Numbered from the stretch's first letter, positions 8,890 to 18,930 are shown. The stretch: DNA of 64,000 bases from an uncultured Lentisphaerota bacterium (GCA_903896925.1 CAITZM010000134.1:33765-97764); one strand, 5' to 3'. Notes: generated from the letters alone by a model not told the origin. Numbers and translations are program-made.

Positions 8890-10449
8890 ATGGAAAAACA
8901 ACATGGTTGGGGCGGTCCGCCGCCGGTGCCGGGTATGGGGACGACGCCGTCACGCATGAGCCGCGGGCTGGGCTGCGCGGCACTGGTCGCGCTGCTCGCA
9001 GTCGCCGTGGTTTTGGGGCTGCCGGTCTGGGTCTGGTTCTGGTGGCGCATCGAGCCGGGCGCGGACGAGATCGCTGTCATGATCCGCAAGACGGGCGAGA
9101 ACCTGCCGTCGGGCGAAATCCTCGCGGTGCAGCCGGGGCAGAAGGGCCTCCAGCTCGACGTGCTGACGCCGGGCGGGCGCTATTTCAAGAATCCCTACAC
9201 CTGGGGCTGGGAACTGGTGCCCGTCACGGATATTCCGGCGGGCAAGCTGGGCGTGCAGACGCGGCTGTTCGGCAAGGATTTGCCGCCGGGCCAGATCATG
9301 GCGGCGAAGGACTCCAAGGGCATCCTGCAGGAAGTTCTGGGCCCGGGCAAACACTTCGTCAATCCCTTCGCCTATCAGGTGCAGATTGTGGACGCGATCA
9401 ACATCCGGCCGGGCTGCGTGGGCGTGGTGACGCGATTGGTCGGCAAGGATCCGCTGACCGACGGCCTGCCGGTGGAGCAGCGCAATACGTTCATCGTCGG
9501 TGCGGGGCTCAAGGGCGTGCAGGCGGAGGTGCTCGATCCGGGCACGCACTATCTGAATCCGTATCTGGTGAACGTGATCGAGGTGAATCTCCAGAGCCAG
9601 CGCTTTGAGCTGAGCGGCGAAGACGCGATCAATTTCCTGACGATGGATGGCTTTACGGTCCACGTCGAGGGCACGTTCGAGTTCGCGCTGATCCGCGAGC
9701 AGTCGGCGCTGCTGTTGCACCAGGTGGGCGACATGGAAGACATCATCAAGAAGGTCATCCTACCTCGCGCCCGCGGGTTCAGCCGCATCGAGGGCAGCAA
9801 GAATCCGGCGCTGAACTACATCGTCGGCGAGATGCGCCAGCAGTTCCAGGACAACCTCGAGAAGCACCTGCGCGAGACGTGCAAGGCGTCGGGCGTGGCG
9901 ATCAAGTCGGTTTTGATCCGCAACATCACGGTGCCGGAGCAGATTGCCAAGATCATCCGCGAACGCGAGGTGGCCAAGCAGACGGCGAAGATGTACGACC
10001 AGCAGATCGAGCAGGCGAAGTCAAAGGCCGAACTGACGAAGCAGGAAATGCTTGCGCAGCAGAACGAGGAAAAGGTGAAGGCCGATACGCTCGCGCTGCA
10101 GGCGACGATCCTCGCGAAGCAGGAACAGACGGTGAAACTGACCGCGGCCGCCCAGGGCCTCGCGGTGGCCAAGCTCGAAAACGACGCCGCCGTGGCGCAG
10201 GCGGCGGCGATCATCGCCATGGCCGGCGGCGACCAGGCGGTCGTGCAGTATAACAACGAGGCCGAGGCCGCGGTGTTCCGCAGCCAGGCGACCGCGTTCG
10301 GCAGCGGCTTGAACTACGCCAAGTACCTGTTCTACCAAAAGGTCGGGCCGCGCATCGAAACGATCCTGACCACCGACAAGGGCGATGGGCTCGGCGCGCT
10401 GTTCCTGCCCTACATGCCGGCCGCGCAGCAGAAAGAGGTGGCCAAGTGA
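8890..10449 (+). CDS. SPFH/Band-7 domain membrane protein 1 with three N-terminal beta repeats and C-terminal coiled coil
   Basis: TM helix; 3x (KG.Q..VL.PG..F.NPY) repeats; SPFH core (INFLTMDGFTVHVEGT...SVLIRNITVPEQI); A/E/K/Q-rich tail. Start moved from 8731 to ATG 8890. Confidence 0.85.
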   Translation: MEKQHGWGGPPPVPGMGTTPSRMSRGLGCAALVALLAVAVVLGLPVWVWFWWRIEPGADEIAVMIRKTGENLPSGEILAVQPGQKGLQLDVLTPGGRYFKNPYTWGWELVPVTDIPAGKLGVQTRLFGKDLPPGQIMAAKDSKGILQEVLGPGKHFVNPFAYQVQIVDAINIRPGCVGVVTRLVGKDPLTDGLPVEQRNTFIVGAGLKGVQAEVLDPGTHYLNPYLVNVIEVNLQSQRFELSGEDAINFLTMDGFTVHVEGTFEFALIREQSALLLHQVGDMEDIIKKVILPRARGFSRIEGSKNPALNYIVGEMRQQFQDNLEKHLRETCKASGVAIKSVLIRNITVPEQIAKIIREREVAKQTAKMYDQQIEQAKSKAELTKQEMLAQQNEEKVKADTLALQATILAKQEQTVKLTAAAQGLAVAKLENDAAVAQAAAIIAMAGGDQAVVQYNNEAEAAVFRSQATAFGSGLNYAKYLFYQKVGPRIETILTTDKGDGLGALFLPYMPAAQQKEVAK

Positions 10450-12263
10450 AAAAATCACTTCTCGCAATCGTGGCGTTGATGGTGTTCGTGATCTTCGGCC
10501 TGTGGCTCGTCTGGGAGTGGGGCTTCTGCCGCTTCTATGTGCCGGTGGGTCACATGGCTGTGATCATTGCCAAGGCCGGTGCGCCGTTGGAGCCCGGTCA
10601 GATCCTGGCCAAGCAGGGCCAGCAGGGTGTGCAGGAGGATGTGCTCGGCGAAGGCCGGCATTTCCTGAATCCCTACTATTATGAGCACACGATCGAGCCG
10701 GTGATCAGCATCCCTCAGGGCAAGGTGGGCCTCGTCACCGCGAAGGTCGGCCGCGATCTGCCGCAGGGTGAATTTCTTGCCAATCAGGGACAGAAAGGCA
10801 TCTGGCGCGGCGTGCTCGGCCCGGGCAAATACCGCATCAACCCGATCGGTTATCAGATTGACCCCGTGGACGCGATCTCGATCCCGATCGGCTACGTGGG
10901 CGTGGTCACTTCGCTTGCGGGCGAGAAGGCGCCGGAAGGCCAGTTTGCCGGCGCAAACCAGAAGGGCATCCGCGAGGATGTGCTCCAGCCCGGCCTCTAC
11001 TACGTCAACCCGAAGGAGTTCAAGGTGGACATCCTGGAGGTGGGCATCAACCAGGTCTCGATGCTCGGCAAGTCGGGCAGCGCCGTGATCACGAAGGGCA
11101 ACATCGTCTCGCAAAACGCGGCGATGAATACGCTCAACTACAAGGCGCTGGAGACGCAGTACGCCAACCGCGCCAAGGAAATCGCGGAGCAGGGCGCGCA
11201 GGTGCAGATGGCGCAGCAGGCGGATGTCCAGCAGGAGCGCGGCAGCTTCGATCTGCTGGGCGCGTCGCGCGCGCGGTCGGCCGGCGCCAACGCCCAGAAG
11301 CGTCAGCAGGCCGCCAACGCGCCCGGCCCGCAAGCGGCGGCACCCATGGCCCAGCCGTCCAGAAAGCCGCGGCAGGGCGACCTGCAGCAGCAGAACCCGA
11401 CGTTCGTGCTCAACCAGTTCGTCGAGTTTCCCTCGCGCGACGGCTTCGAGGTCAGCCTCGACATGACGGTGGAGTTCGAGCTGTTGCCGAACAAGATCCC
11501 GACCATCTACCGCGACTACGGCGACCTGCCGGCGGTGGTGGACAAGATCATCATGCCGAAGATTCTCTCCATCTCCCGGCTCAAGGGCTCGGCCTACAAG
11601 GTCACCGAGTTTATCGTCGGCGAAGGCCGCGAAAAATTCCAGACCGACCTGACCGATACCTTGAAGAAGAGCCTGGCGGAGAAAAACATCATGATCCACA
11701 ACGCGCTCATCCGGCACGTCAATGTCCCCGATGAGATCATCACGCCGATCCAGCAGGCGAGCGTGGCCGTGGAACAGGACCTGACGAACCAGGAGAAGCA
11801 GAACACCGCCAAGAAGTTGGGCCTGCTCAACACACAAACCAGCATGATTGACCAGCGCGGCGCCGAGGTCACGCAGCAGACCGCCGCCCTCAAGGCCACC
11901 ATCAAGGCCGACCAGGAGAAGGCCGTCGCCGAAATCCAGGCCGAGACCATCAAGCAGACCGCGCTCATCGAGCAGCAGACCGCGGAAATCAGCGCCAACA
12001 AAACCAAGACGCTCGGCAAGGCCGGCGCCGACAAGATCGCGATGGTCGAGGGCGAGAAGGCCAAGGGGTTCCAGCTCAAGGCCACCGCGCTCGGCGATCC
12101 GCAGGCCTACACCTTGGCTGAACTGGCCAAAAGCCTGAACCCCGATGTGCGCGTCAACATCCTGCACGCCGGCGAGGGCACGCTCTGGACCGATCTGGAG
12201 AAGGCGCGCCTCGGCGATCTCGGCGGCGCGAAGCTGCTGGGCAAGCCCGCGGCGAAAAAATAA
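10446..12263 (+). CDS. SPFH/Band-7 domain membrane protein 2, same architecture plus Q/A-rich insertion
   Basis: GTGA overlap with paralog 1; three repeats; FPSRDGFEVSLDMTVEF...ALIRHVNVPDEI core; coiled-coil tail. Confidence 0.88.
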   Translation: MKKSLLAIVALMVFVIFGLWLVWEWGFCRFYVPVGHMAVIIAKAGAPLEPGQILAKQGQQGVQEDVLGEGRHFLNPYYYEHTIEPVISIPQGKVGLVTAKVGRDLPQGEFLANQGQKGIWRGVLGPGKYRINPIGYQIDPVDAISIPIGYVGVVTSLAGEKAPEGQFAGANQKGIREDVLQPGLYYVNPKEFKVDILEVGINQVSMLGKSGSAVITKGNIVSQNAAMNTLNYKALETQYANRAKEIAEQGAQVQMAQQADVQQERGSFDLLGASRARSAGANAQKRQQAANAPGPQAAAPMAQPSRKPRQGDLQQQNPTFVLNQFVEFPSRDGFEVSLDMTVEFELLPNKIPTIYRDYGDLPAVVDKIIMPKILSISRLKGSAYKVTEFIVGEGREKFQTDLTDTLKKSLAEKNIMIHNALIRHVNVPDEIITPIQQASVAVEQDLTNQEKQNTAKKLGLLNTQTSMIDQRGAEVTQQTAALKATIKADQEKAVAEIQAETIKQTALIEQQTAEISANKTKTLGKAGADKIAMVEGEKAKGFQLKATALGDPQAYTLAELAKSLNPDVRVNILHAGEGTLWTDLEKARLGDLGGAKLLGKPAAKK

Positions 12264-12338
12264 AAGGTTCTGCCGGCCGGCGGCACCGCTTGCGGCGTCC
12301 GCCGGCCTCACGTTGTTGACGAAGGGAGATTGCACAGC

Positions 12339-12863
12339 ATGACAGGTCAAACAGCAGCGCTGGTTTTCGGCGGCGGCGCGGTGGTGCTGGTCGGCAGCAT
12401 CACGGCCTATTACGTCGCCCGCTATCTGCGCGGCAGCATCAAGCTTGTGCTGCCCCAGGGTTCCTTTGCCGCCGGCGAAGCCATCAGCGGCGAGTTCGAT
12501 GTGCTCACGCGCAAGGAAATCCAGGGCCAGCGCCTTTATGCCGCGCTCATCGGCATCGAGGAAACCGAGGAGCGCCATGGCGAGCAAACCCGGAAGCGCT
12601 CGCGCGAAGTGCATCGCCACGAGCTGACGCTGGAGAAGGCCCTGACCTGGCCCGCCGGCCAGACGAAACACTACACCTTCACGCTGCCTTCGCCCTCCGC
12701 GCCCGCGCCGGAAATACTCAGCTCGACCGTGGTCCGCGCCGCGCAGATCGGTTTGGAGTTGCTCGGCGCCAACCGGCGCCGGATCCGGTGGGCTGTTGAG
12801 ATTCGCCTGGATGCCAAGGGCATCGACCTTGCGGCCAGCCGGCGCGTGCACATCAACGTTTGA
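12339..12863 (+). CDS. Membrane-anchored arrestin-N/Spo0M-like beta-sandwich protein
   Basis: N-terminal TM; GEAISGEFDV...LYAALIGIEE...YTFTLP...WAVEIRLD pattern; GGGAG RBS. Confidence 0.6.
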   Translation: MTGQTAALVFGGGAVVLVGSITAYYVARYLRGSIKLVLPQGSFAAGEAISGEFDVLTRKEIQGQRLYAALIGIEETEERHGEQTRKRSREVHRHELTLEKALTWPAGQTKHYTFTLPSPSAPAPEILSSTVVRAAQIGLELLGANRRRIRWAVEIRLDAKGIDLAASRRVHINV

Positions 12864-13026
12864 GGCCTGTCCGTGGGGGGCCGTCGGCCCTCCGTTGGGC
12901 GCCGATCCGACCGTACGGCGGGGCTTTTACAAGCAGGGCCGGAGGGGGCTGTCCGCCGGTTAGGGTTGCCGGCCGCGGCGTGTTTTGGCTTCCCTTGGGC
13001 ACGGGTTCCGTGTTTCATCCGACACG

Positions 13027-13929
13027 ATGTTTGCTCCCCTTGTTAAAATGATTTCGCGCCGGCTGGCGCGTCTGTCGCGTCCGGGGCTGCTGCGCTGGGG
13101 CGCCGGGCTCGGCTGGTTTTTTGGACGCGTGGTCCGCTTCCGGCGCGCCGCGGCCCTCGTCGCGTTGCGCCGCAGCCTGCCGGAACTGTCGGACGCCGAG
13201 GCCAGCGCCACGCTCGACGGCATGTACCGCAATCTGGCCCTGAACATCCTCGAGATCATGCGGATGTACGGCGGCGCCACCGAGGAGCTGGACCAGCTCA
13301 TGACCATTGAGGGCGAGGAGATTGTGCGCGCCGCCTTGCAGCGCGGCCGCGGTGCCATGATCCTCACCGCGCATCTGGGCAACTTCGACCTGCTGGCCAT
13401 GTTCGCCGCACACCGCCACTACCCCCTGACCATCGTCTCCAAGAAGCTCAAGAATGCGACCGTGAACCAGATCTGGAGCACATTGCGCGAACGCTTCGGC
13501 GTCAACATCCTCTTTGTGCACAATGCGGCGCGCGGGTGCCTCAAGGCGCTGCGGGCGAACGGCCTCGTGGGTTTCCTGCTCGATCAGAACCGGCCGCTGT
13601 ACCAGGGCGTGTTCGTCCAGTTCTTCGGGCAGACCGCCAGCACCTCGCCGGGGCTCGCGGTGCTGGCCGCGCAGGCCCAGGCGCCGGTGATCCCGGTCTT
13701 CATGTCGCGCCGCCCGGACGGCACGCACCACCTGCAGATCCTGCCGCTGATCGAGCCGCCGCCCGACCGCGAGCCGGCGACCATCCTGCGCTACACGCAG
13801 ATCTATACCACGGTCACCGAGCGCGCGATCCGCCAGCATCCCGACCAGTGGACGTGGATCCACCGCCGCTGGAAAAACAAGCCCCTGCCCGGCGACGCCA
13901 TCGCCACGCCGGAGCCCGGCTCTGTCTGA
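13027..13929 (+). CDS. Lipid A late acyltransferase (LpxL/HtrB family), copy 1
   Basis: GRGAMILTAHLGNFD, LLDQ, VFVQFFG, IRQHPDQWTWIHRRWK. Confidence 0.9.
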   Translation: MFAPLVKMISRRLARLSRPGLLRWGAGLGWFFGRVVRFRRAAALVALRRSLPELSDAEASATLDGMYRNLALNILEIMRMYGGATEELDQLMTIEGEEIVRAALQRGRGAMILTAHLGNFDLLAMFAAHRHYPLTIVSKKLKNATVNQIWSTLRERFGVNILFVHNAARGCLKALRANGLVGFLLDQNRPLYQGVFVQFFGQTASTSPGLAVLAAQAQAPVIPVFMSRRPDGTHHLQILPLIEPPPDREPATILRYTQIYTTVTERAIRQHPDQWTWIHRRWKNKPLPGDAIATPEPGSV

Positions 13930-14037
13930 AGGTCCCTGTTCGTAGATGCCTGTGCACCTGCGGCTACGCCGGTCCGTCGCGGCCGGTATTCATTTTTTTC
14001 TTCCCTTCGGCGCTGGTCCCATGTTTCATCCGCGGGG

Positions 14038-14949
14038 ATGCTTGGTGTTTTCGTCAACGTATTGGCGCGTGGCTTGGCGCGGCTGTCGCGCCCGGCCTCG
14101 CTGCGTTTGGGTGCGCGGCTCGGCTGGTTCTCCGGCCATGTCGTCCGCTATCGCCGCGCCACAGCGCTTGCCGCCCTGCGCCGCAGCCTGCCGGAGCTGT
14201 CGGAGGCCGAGGTCCTCGCCACGCTCGACGGCATGTACCGCAACCTGGCCACCAACCTGGTCGAGATTTTGCGCGCCGAGGGCGGTGTGGAAGATCAGCC
14301 CGCCGACTTTTTCAGCTACGATGGCGAGGAGCGCATCGCCGCCGCGCTCGCGCGCGGTCACGGCGCGCTGATCTTGTTGGCGCACTACGGTAGCTGGGAG
14401 CTGCTCGCGATGTTCGCCGCGCAGCGCGGCTATAAACTCCACATCGTCGCCAAGAAATTCAAGAATGTTGCGGTGAACCGGTTGTGGAACCGGCTGCGCG
14501 AACGCTACGGCATCAAGGTGATTTATGCGCATAACGCCGCACGCCCGGTCCTGCGGGCGTTGCGCGAAAACGCCCTCATCGGCTTCATGCTCGACCAGCA
14601 CCGGCCGCGCGCCTTGGGCAAGTTCGTCACGTTCTTCGGCCGGCCCGCCAACACCTCGACGGGTCTCGCGATCCTGTCCTCGCAGGCGCAAGCTCCCGTG
14701 ATTCCGGCCTTTATCATACGTCGCGCCGATGGCGGACATCAAATCCGCGTCCTGCCGTTGATCGAGCCGCCGCCCGACCGCGAGCCGGCGACCGTCCTGC
14801 GCTACACCCAGCGCTACACCACCATCATCGAAAACGAAATCCGCGCGCAGCCCGCCGAGTGGCTCTGGATCCATCGCCGCTGGAAGACCCAGCCGCAGCC
14901 CGGCGATACGGTCGCCACGCCGGAGCCCGCCGGCCGGGACCCGGTCTAG
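14038..14949 (+). CDS. Lipid A late acyltransferase (LpxL/HtrB family), copy 2
   Basis: GHGALILLAHYGSWE, MLDQ, FVTFFG, IRAQPAEWLWIHRRWK. Confidence 0.9.
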   Translation: MLGVFVNVLARGLARLSRPASLRLGARLGWFSGHVVRYRRATALAALRRSLPELSEAEVLATLDGMYRNLATNLVEILRAEGGVEDQPADFFSYDGEERIAAALARGHGALILLAHYGSWELLAMFAAQRGYKLHIVAKKFKNVAVNRLWNRLRERYGIKVIYAHNAARPVLRALRENALIGFMLDQHRPRALGKFVTFFGRPANTSTGLAILSSQAQAPVIPAFIIRRADGGHQIRVLPLIEPPPDREPATVLRYTQRYTTIIENEIRAQPAEWLWIHRRWKTQPQPGDTVATPEPAGRDPV

Positions 14950-15207
14950 GTCAAAATCCTGGATCCGCGGCAGCGGGTCCGCGCCGGTGGCGGGGCCAGG
15001 GAACCCTTGGTCTTTCCCGCAGGAAAAACAATCCACGTGTTTCGCCCAAGCCCTGGAAACCCCGAAAAATCGGGCGTCGTATCAGCTGCGCGCACCGCCG
15101 GACGGCCCCGGACGGGGCAAATTCCGGGATTGCATTCTAGCCAGCGGGTGCTACAACAGCTCGGGCAGTAAATCCCGCCCCAACCGTTTTTCACGGAGAA
15201 AGAGAAC

Positions 15208-16101
15208 ATGGAAACAGAAGCGAGTACTGGCGTACCGGTCATCAGTGTGAAGCGAACCTCCACCCACAAGATCATCAACGATCTCGTCCAGCTGCAGGAA
15301 TTGCTCGTGGCGCGTGCGCAGCAGGTTGCCACCAATCCGCAGGCGCGTCTGGAGCAGCTCGAGCAGTCCATCCAGACCCTCTTCCAGTCGCTGCCGCCGG
15401 ACATTGCCGGGCGCTTCAAGCGCATCGAGGAGCGCGGTCCGCTCGCGATCGTGCCGATCGCCAACGGCATCTGCAGCGCCTGCGGCATGTCCCTGCCGGT
15501 CAGCCTGGTCCACACCGTGCACGCGGCCGAGAGCCTCTACCAATGCCCGAGCTGCGGGCGCATGATCTATTACCGCGAGGCGTTTGCGCGGCGCGTCCGC
15601 CAGCCCACCGCCAAGCGCGGTGAGCCGCCGAAAATCGGCATCGAGCGCTTTTCGTCGCAGGAGCTGATGATCCCGCAGCTCGTCTCCGGCGAACGCGACG
15701 ACGTGATCCGCGAGCTGTGCATGAAGCTGGAGCACGAAGGCTTCGTGGACGACGGCAACAAGCTCTACGAGGAGGCGCTCAAGCGCGAGGCGATCGTCGG
15801 CACCGGGGTTGAGAACTGCCTCGCCTTCCCGCACGTCCGCGGCGTTGAGGGCGGCGGCCTGACCCTGGCGCTGGGCCTGTCGGCCAAGGGCGTCAAGTTT
15901 GGCAGTAGCTCCAAGGGCACGAGCAAGATCATCTTCTTCATGGCCATCCCGACCGCGGCCAGCGCGTTCTACCTCAAGCTGCTCTCCGGCCTCGCGCGGA
16001 CCTTCGAGAAGGAAGAGAACCGCAAGAAATTGTTGGAAGCGACCACGCCGGAGAAGCTGTGGAAGACGCTGCTCAAGCTCACCAAGACCACGATCCAGTG
16101 A
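15208..16101 (+). CDS. C4 zinc-ribbon / PTS EIIA (Ntr/Fru-type) fusion protein
   Basis: CSACGM...CPSCGRMIY zinc ribbon after a coiled coil; KREAIVGTG..LAFPH EIIA motif. Confidence 0.85.
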   Translation: METEASTGVPVISVKRTSTHKIINDLVQLQELLVARAQQVATNPQARLEQLEQSIQTLFQSLPPDIAGRFKRIEERGPLAIVPIANGICSACGMSLPVSLVHTVHAAESLYQCPSCGRMIYYREAFARRVRQPTAKRGEPPKIGIERFSSQELMIPQLVSGERDDVIRELCMKLEHEGFVDDGNKLYEEALKREAIVGTGVENCLAFPHVRGVEGGGLTLALGLSAKGVKFGSSSKGTSKIIFFMAIPTAASAFYLKLLSGLARTFEKEENRKKLLEATTPEKLWKTLLKLTKTTIQ

Positions 16102-17246
16102 GCCCGGTGGCGCGGCGCGCGGCATGTGCCGCCGCCGCGCTCGTCGCCGCGGTCATGCTGCTCTTCCTGCTCGGCCCCTTCCACGGCAATATCACCGGTT
16201 TCTTCCGCATCGGCGATGTCCGTCCGCCCGCGCCCGGCCTCGCCGGGCACGCTTTCGTTTTCCCCGGCCAGGCCGGCTACGACGGCCAGTATTACCTGGC
16301 GCTGGCGCTCGATCCCGCGCTGCGTGATCCCCGGACGCTCGACTCGCTCGATCATCCCGCCTACCGCAGCCGGCGCATCCTGCTGCCGCTGCTCGGCCAT
16401 GCGCTCGGCCTCGGTCGTCCCGCGCTCATCCCCTACGCGCTGCCGCTGATCAACCTGGCGGCCGTATTCGCGCTCGTCTGGCTCGCCGCGCGCTGGCTGC
16501 AGGCCGGCGGCCGCAGCGGCTGGCTGGGCCTGCTGGTGCTCGCCTTGCCCGGCATCTGGGAAGCCCTTGCGTTGACCACCACCGATCTGCTGTGCAGCGC
16601 GTTCGTGCTCGCCACGCTCCTGGCGTTGCGCCAAAGCCGCCTTGCGCTCGCCGCCGTGATGTTGGCGCTGGCCGCGCTGACGCGCGAGACGGCGCTGCTC
16701 TATTGGGTCGCGATCCTAGGCGCGCTGCTGTGCGCGCGCCAGTGGCGCAGCCTGCTCTGGCTGCTGCCCGCCGGCCTGCCTGCCGCCGCCTGGAATCTCT
16801 ACCTGCTGCGCCATGTCCCCGCTGGCGAGGGCGGCAACGTCATCCAGATCCTATTCGGCCTGCCCGGCGTCGGCTGGCTCCAGCGCATCCGGTGGTGTCT
16901 GGACGAAGGCCTCCACGGGACGAACCTGTTCGAGCTGTTCGTCTTCGTGACGTTGCTGGCGGTGCTCGTCACCCTGTGCTGGAACCTCTGGCGCACGCGT
17001 GCCGATCGCGCGGCGTGGCCCGCCGCGGCCATCGCGCTGCTGCTCGGCGGGATGTTCCTCTGCGCCCAGCCGTTCCTGCTCCGCTATCACATGGATTACA
17101 GCCGCGTGTTTCTGGACCTGGGTGTGCTGCTCGTCTTGAGCCTCGGCTGGCCGCGCACCGCGCGCGTGCCGACCTATGCCGTGCTCGCCCTGCTCGGTTG
17201 CTCCGCATGCGCCTTCATCATCCACTACGCCTTCGGCAAGGGCTGA
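16098..17246 (+). CDS. Polytopic GT-C-like membrane glycosyltransferase (AZOBR_p60025-like family)
   Basis: GYDGQYYLALALDP...DHPAYRSRRILLPLL, LTRET, many TM helices; GTG start overlaps upstream TGA. Confidence 0.7.
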   Translation: MSPVARRAACAAAALVAAVMLLFLLGPFHGNITGFFRIGDVRPPAPGLAGHAFVFPGQAGYDGQYYLALALDPALRDPRTLDSLDHPAYRSRRILLPLLGHALGLGRPALIPYALPLINLAAVFALVWLAARWLQAGGRSGWLGLLVLALPGIWEALALTTTDLLCSAFVLATLLALRQSRLALAAVMLALAALTRETALLYWVAILGALLCARQWRSLLWLLPAGLPAAAWNLYLLRHVPAGEGGNVIQILFGLPGVGWLQRIRWCLDEGLHGTNLFELFVFVTLLAVLVTLCWNLWRTRADRAAWPAAAIALLLGGMFLCAQPFLLRYHMDYSRVFLDLGVLLVLSLGWPRTARVPTYAVLALLGCSACAFIIHYAFGKG

Positions 17247-17254
17247 CGAGATCT

Positions 17255-17720
17255 GTGGAAGCGGCCTCCTCGCTTCGCCCAAGCGCTTCGCGGGACAGTC
17301 CGGCCGGATTCACAGAGGCCAAACCACGTGGAGGCAGGTGTCCCACCTGCCGGTGAGTCGGGCGTCACGCCCGACCAACCAGCACCACCACGATCCTCGC
17401 AGCGAACCCGTCCAGGCGGCGGGACGCGTGCCGCCACGCAGAATGCACGGACTAACCTCAGCGCGGACTTCGCGGGGTGCTATTTTCTTCGTGGGCGGGG
17501 CTTCCAGCCCCGCGAACCCAGCTGCAACAGAACCTGCGCTTCCGCCACGCTTGCGCATCCGCCGGTGGACGCGGCGTCCCGCCGCGTAGAGCCAACGCCA
17601 AGGATAAGCGGCGGGCCGCCGCTTCCACAAAGAGCCCATCGGTTCTTGTGGGCGGGAGCTCCAGCTCCCGCGGGACAAGCACACAGGCTGGTGAATGCGT
17701 GAGCTGGAGCTCCCGCCCAC
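17255..17720. repeat. Cluster of GTGG-type REP/REPIN-like hairpins of several sequence types
   Basis: GTGG+hairpin at 17255, 17328, 17491, 17565, 17648; inverted copies ending CCAC at 17437, 17628, 17720; between convergent genes. Confidence 0.75.
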
Positions 17721-17765
17721 ATGGGTTGAAGTGCTGGGAAGTTGGCCGCCTGCTGACGAACGCAG

Positions 17766-18899
17766 CTACACCGCACACACGCTGCGGATGATGTCCAAGG
17801 CGCGCGCGAGGTCCGTCTCGCTGTGCGCGCGGGTGATCGACAGCCGCAGGCGCGCAGTGCCCTCCGGCACGGTCGGCGGGCGGATGGCGATGGCGAGCAG
17901 GCCCGCCGCGCGCAGCTTGTCCGCGACCTCCAGCGCGCGCGCATTCGCGCCGACCTGGATCGGGATGATCTGGCTGGCCGACTGCATCACATCGAAGCCC
18001 GCGGCGCGCAGTTGATCACGGAACGCCGCCGCGTGCCGGAGCAGCTCCGCGCCCCAGCCTGGATTTTTCTCCAGCACATCCAGCGCGCCCAGCGCCGCGC
18101 CCACCGCGGCCGGCGGCGGCGCGGTCGTGTAGATGAAGGCCCGGGCGCGGTTGATCAGCAGTGCCCTCATCGCTGTTGAGCACGCAACGAAGCCGCCGTA
18201 GCCGCCGAGCGCCTTGCTCAGGGTGCCCATCGAAAGATTCACTTTCGACTCGAGCTGGTGTTCGCGGATCAGCCCGCTGCCGCCGGGGCCGAAGACGCCG
18301 GTGGCGTGCGCCTCATCCACCAGCAGCAGCGCGCCGTGCCGTTCGGCCACGGCCGCGAGTTCCGGCAGCGGCGCCACGTCGCCATCCATGCTGAACACCG
18401 ACTCGGTGACGACCAGCTTGCGGCCCGCGCCCGAATGTTTTTGCAGCAGCTCGTCGAGGTGCTGCGTGTCGTTGTGGCGGAAGCGACAGAGTTCGGCGCG
18501 GGAGAGGAGCGCCGCATCCATCAGGCTCGCATGCGCCAGACGGTCGGCGAAGACCGTGTCCCCGCGCCCGACCAGCGCGCCGAGGATGCCGAGGTTGGCC
18601 AGGTAGCCGCTGCCGAAGAGCAGGGCGGCGGGATAGCCCTTGAGCCGCGCGAGCCGCGCCTCCAGTTCCTCGTGCAGCGGCAGCGTGCCGCTGACGAGCC
18701 GCGACGCCGTCGCGCCGGCACCGGCCGCGTGCAACGCGCGCTCCGCGGCGGCGATCACGTCCGGATGCTGTGCGAGGTTCAGGTAGTCGTTGCTGGAAAA
18801 GTTGAGCAGCCCCGGCGGCGGCGTGACGGCGCGGCGAAAGCGCTGCGCCCGCCGCAGCTCCTCCAGTTCCGTTTCAATCCATTGTTCGCGTAGGTCCAT
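17766..18899 (-). CDS. bioF: 8-amino-7-oxononanoate synthase
   Basis: NFSSNDYL, SRLVSG, SGYLAN, ESVFSMDGD, VDEAHATG, GTLSKALG, IRPPTVP. Confidence 0.95.
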   Translation of the reverse strand: MDLREQWIETELEELRRAQRFRRAVTPPPGLLNFSSNDYLNLAQHPDVIAAAERALHAAGAGATASRLVSGTLPLHEELEARLARLKGYPAALLFGSGYLANLGILGALVGRGDTVFADRLAHASLMDAALLSRAELCRFRHNDTQHLDELLQKHSGAGRKLVVTESVFSMDGDVAPLPELAAVAERHGALLLVDEAHATGVFGPGGSGLIREHQLESKVNLSMGTLSKALGGYGGFVACSTAMRALLINRARAFIYTTAPPPAAVGAALGALDVLEKNPGWGAELLRHAAAFRDQLRAAGFDVMQSASQIIPIQVGANARALEVADKLRAAGLLAIAIRPPTVPEGTARLRLSITRAHSETDLARALDIIRSVCAV

Positions 18900-18930
18900 G
18901 TCGCGCCGAGCCTAAACTTTTCCCGCAGTT

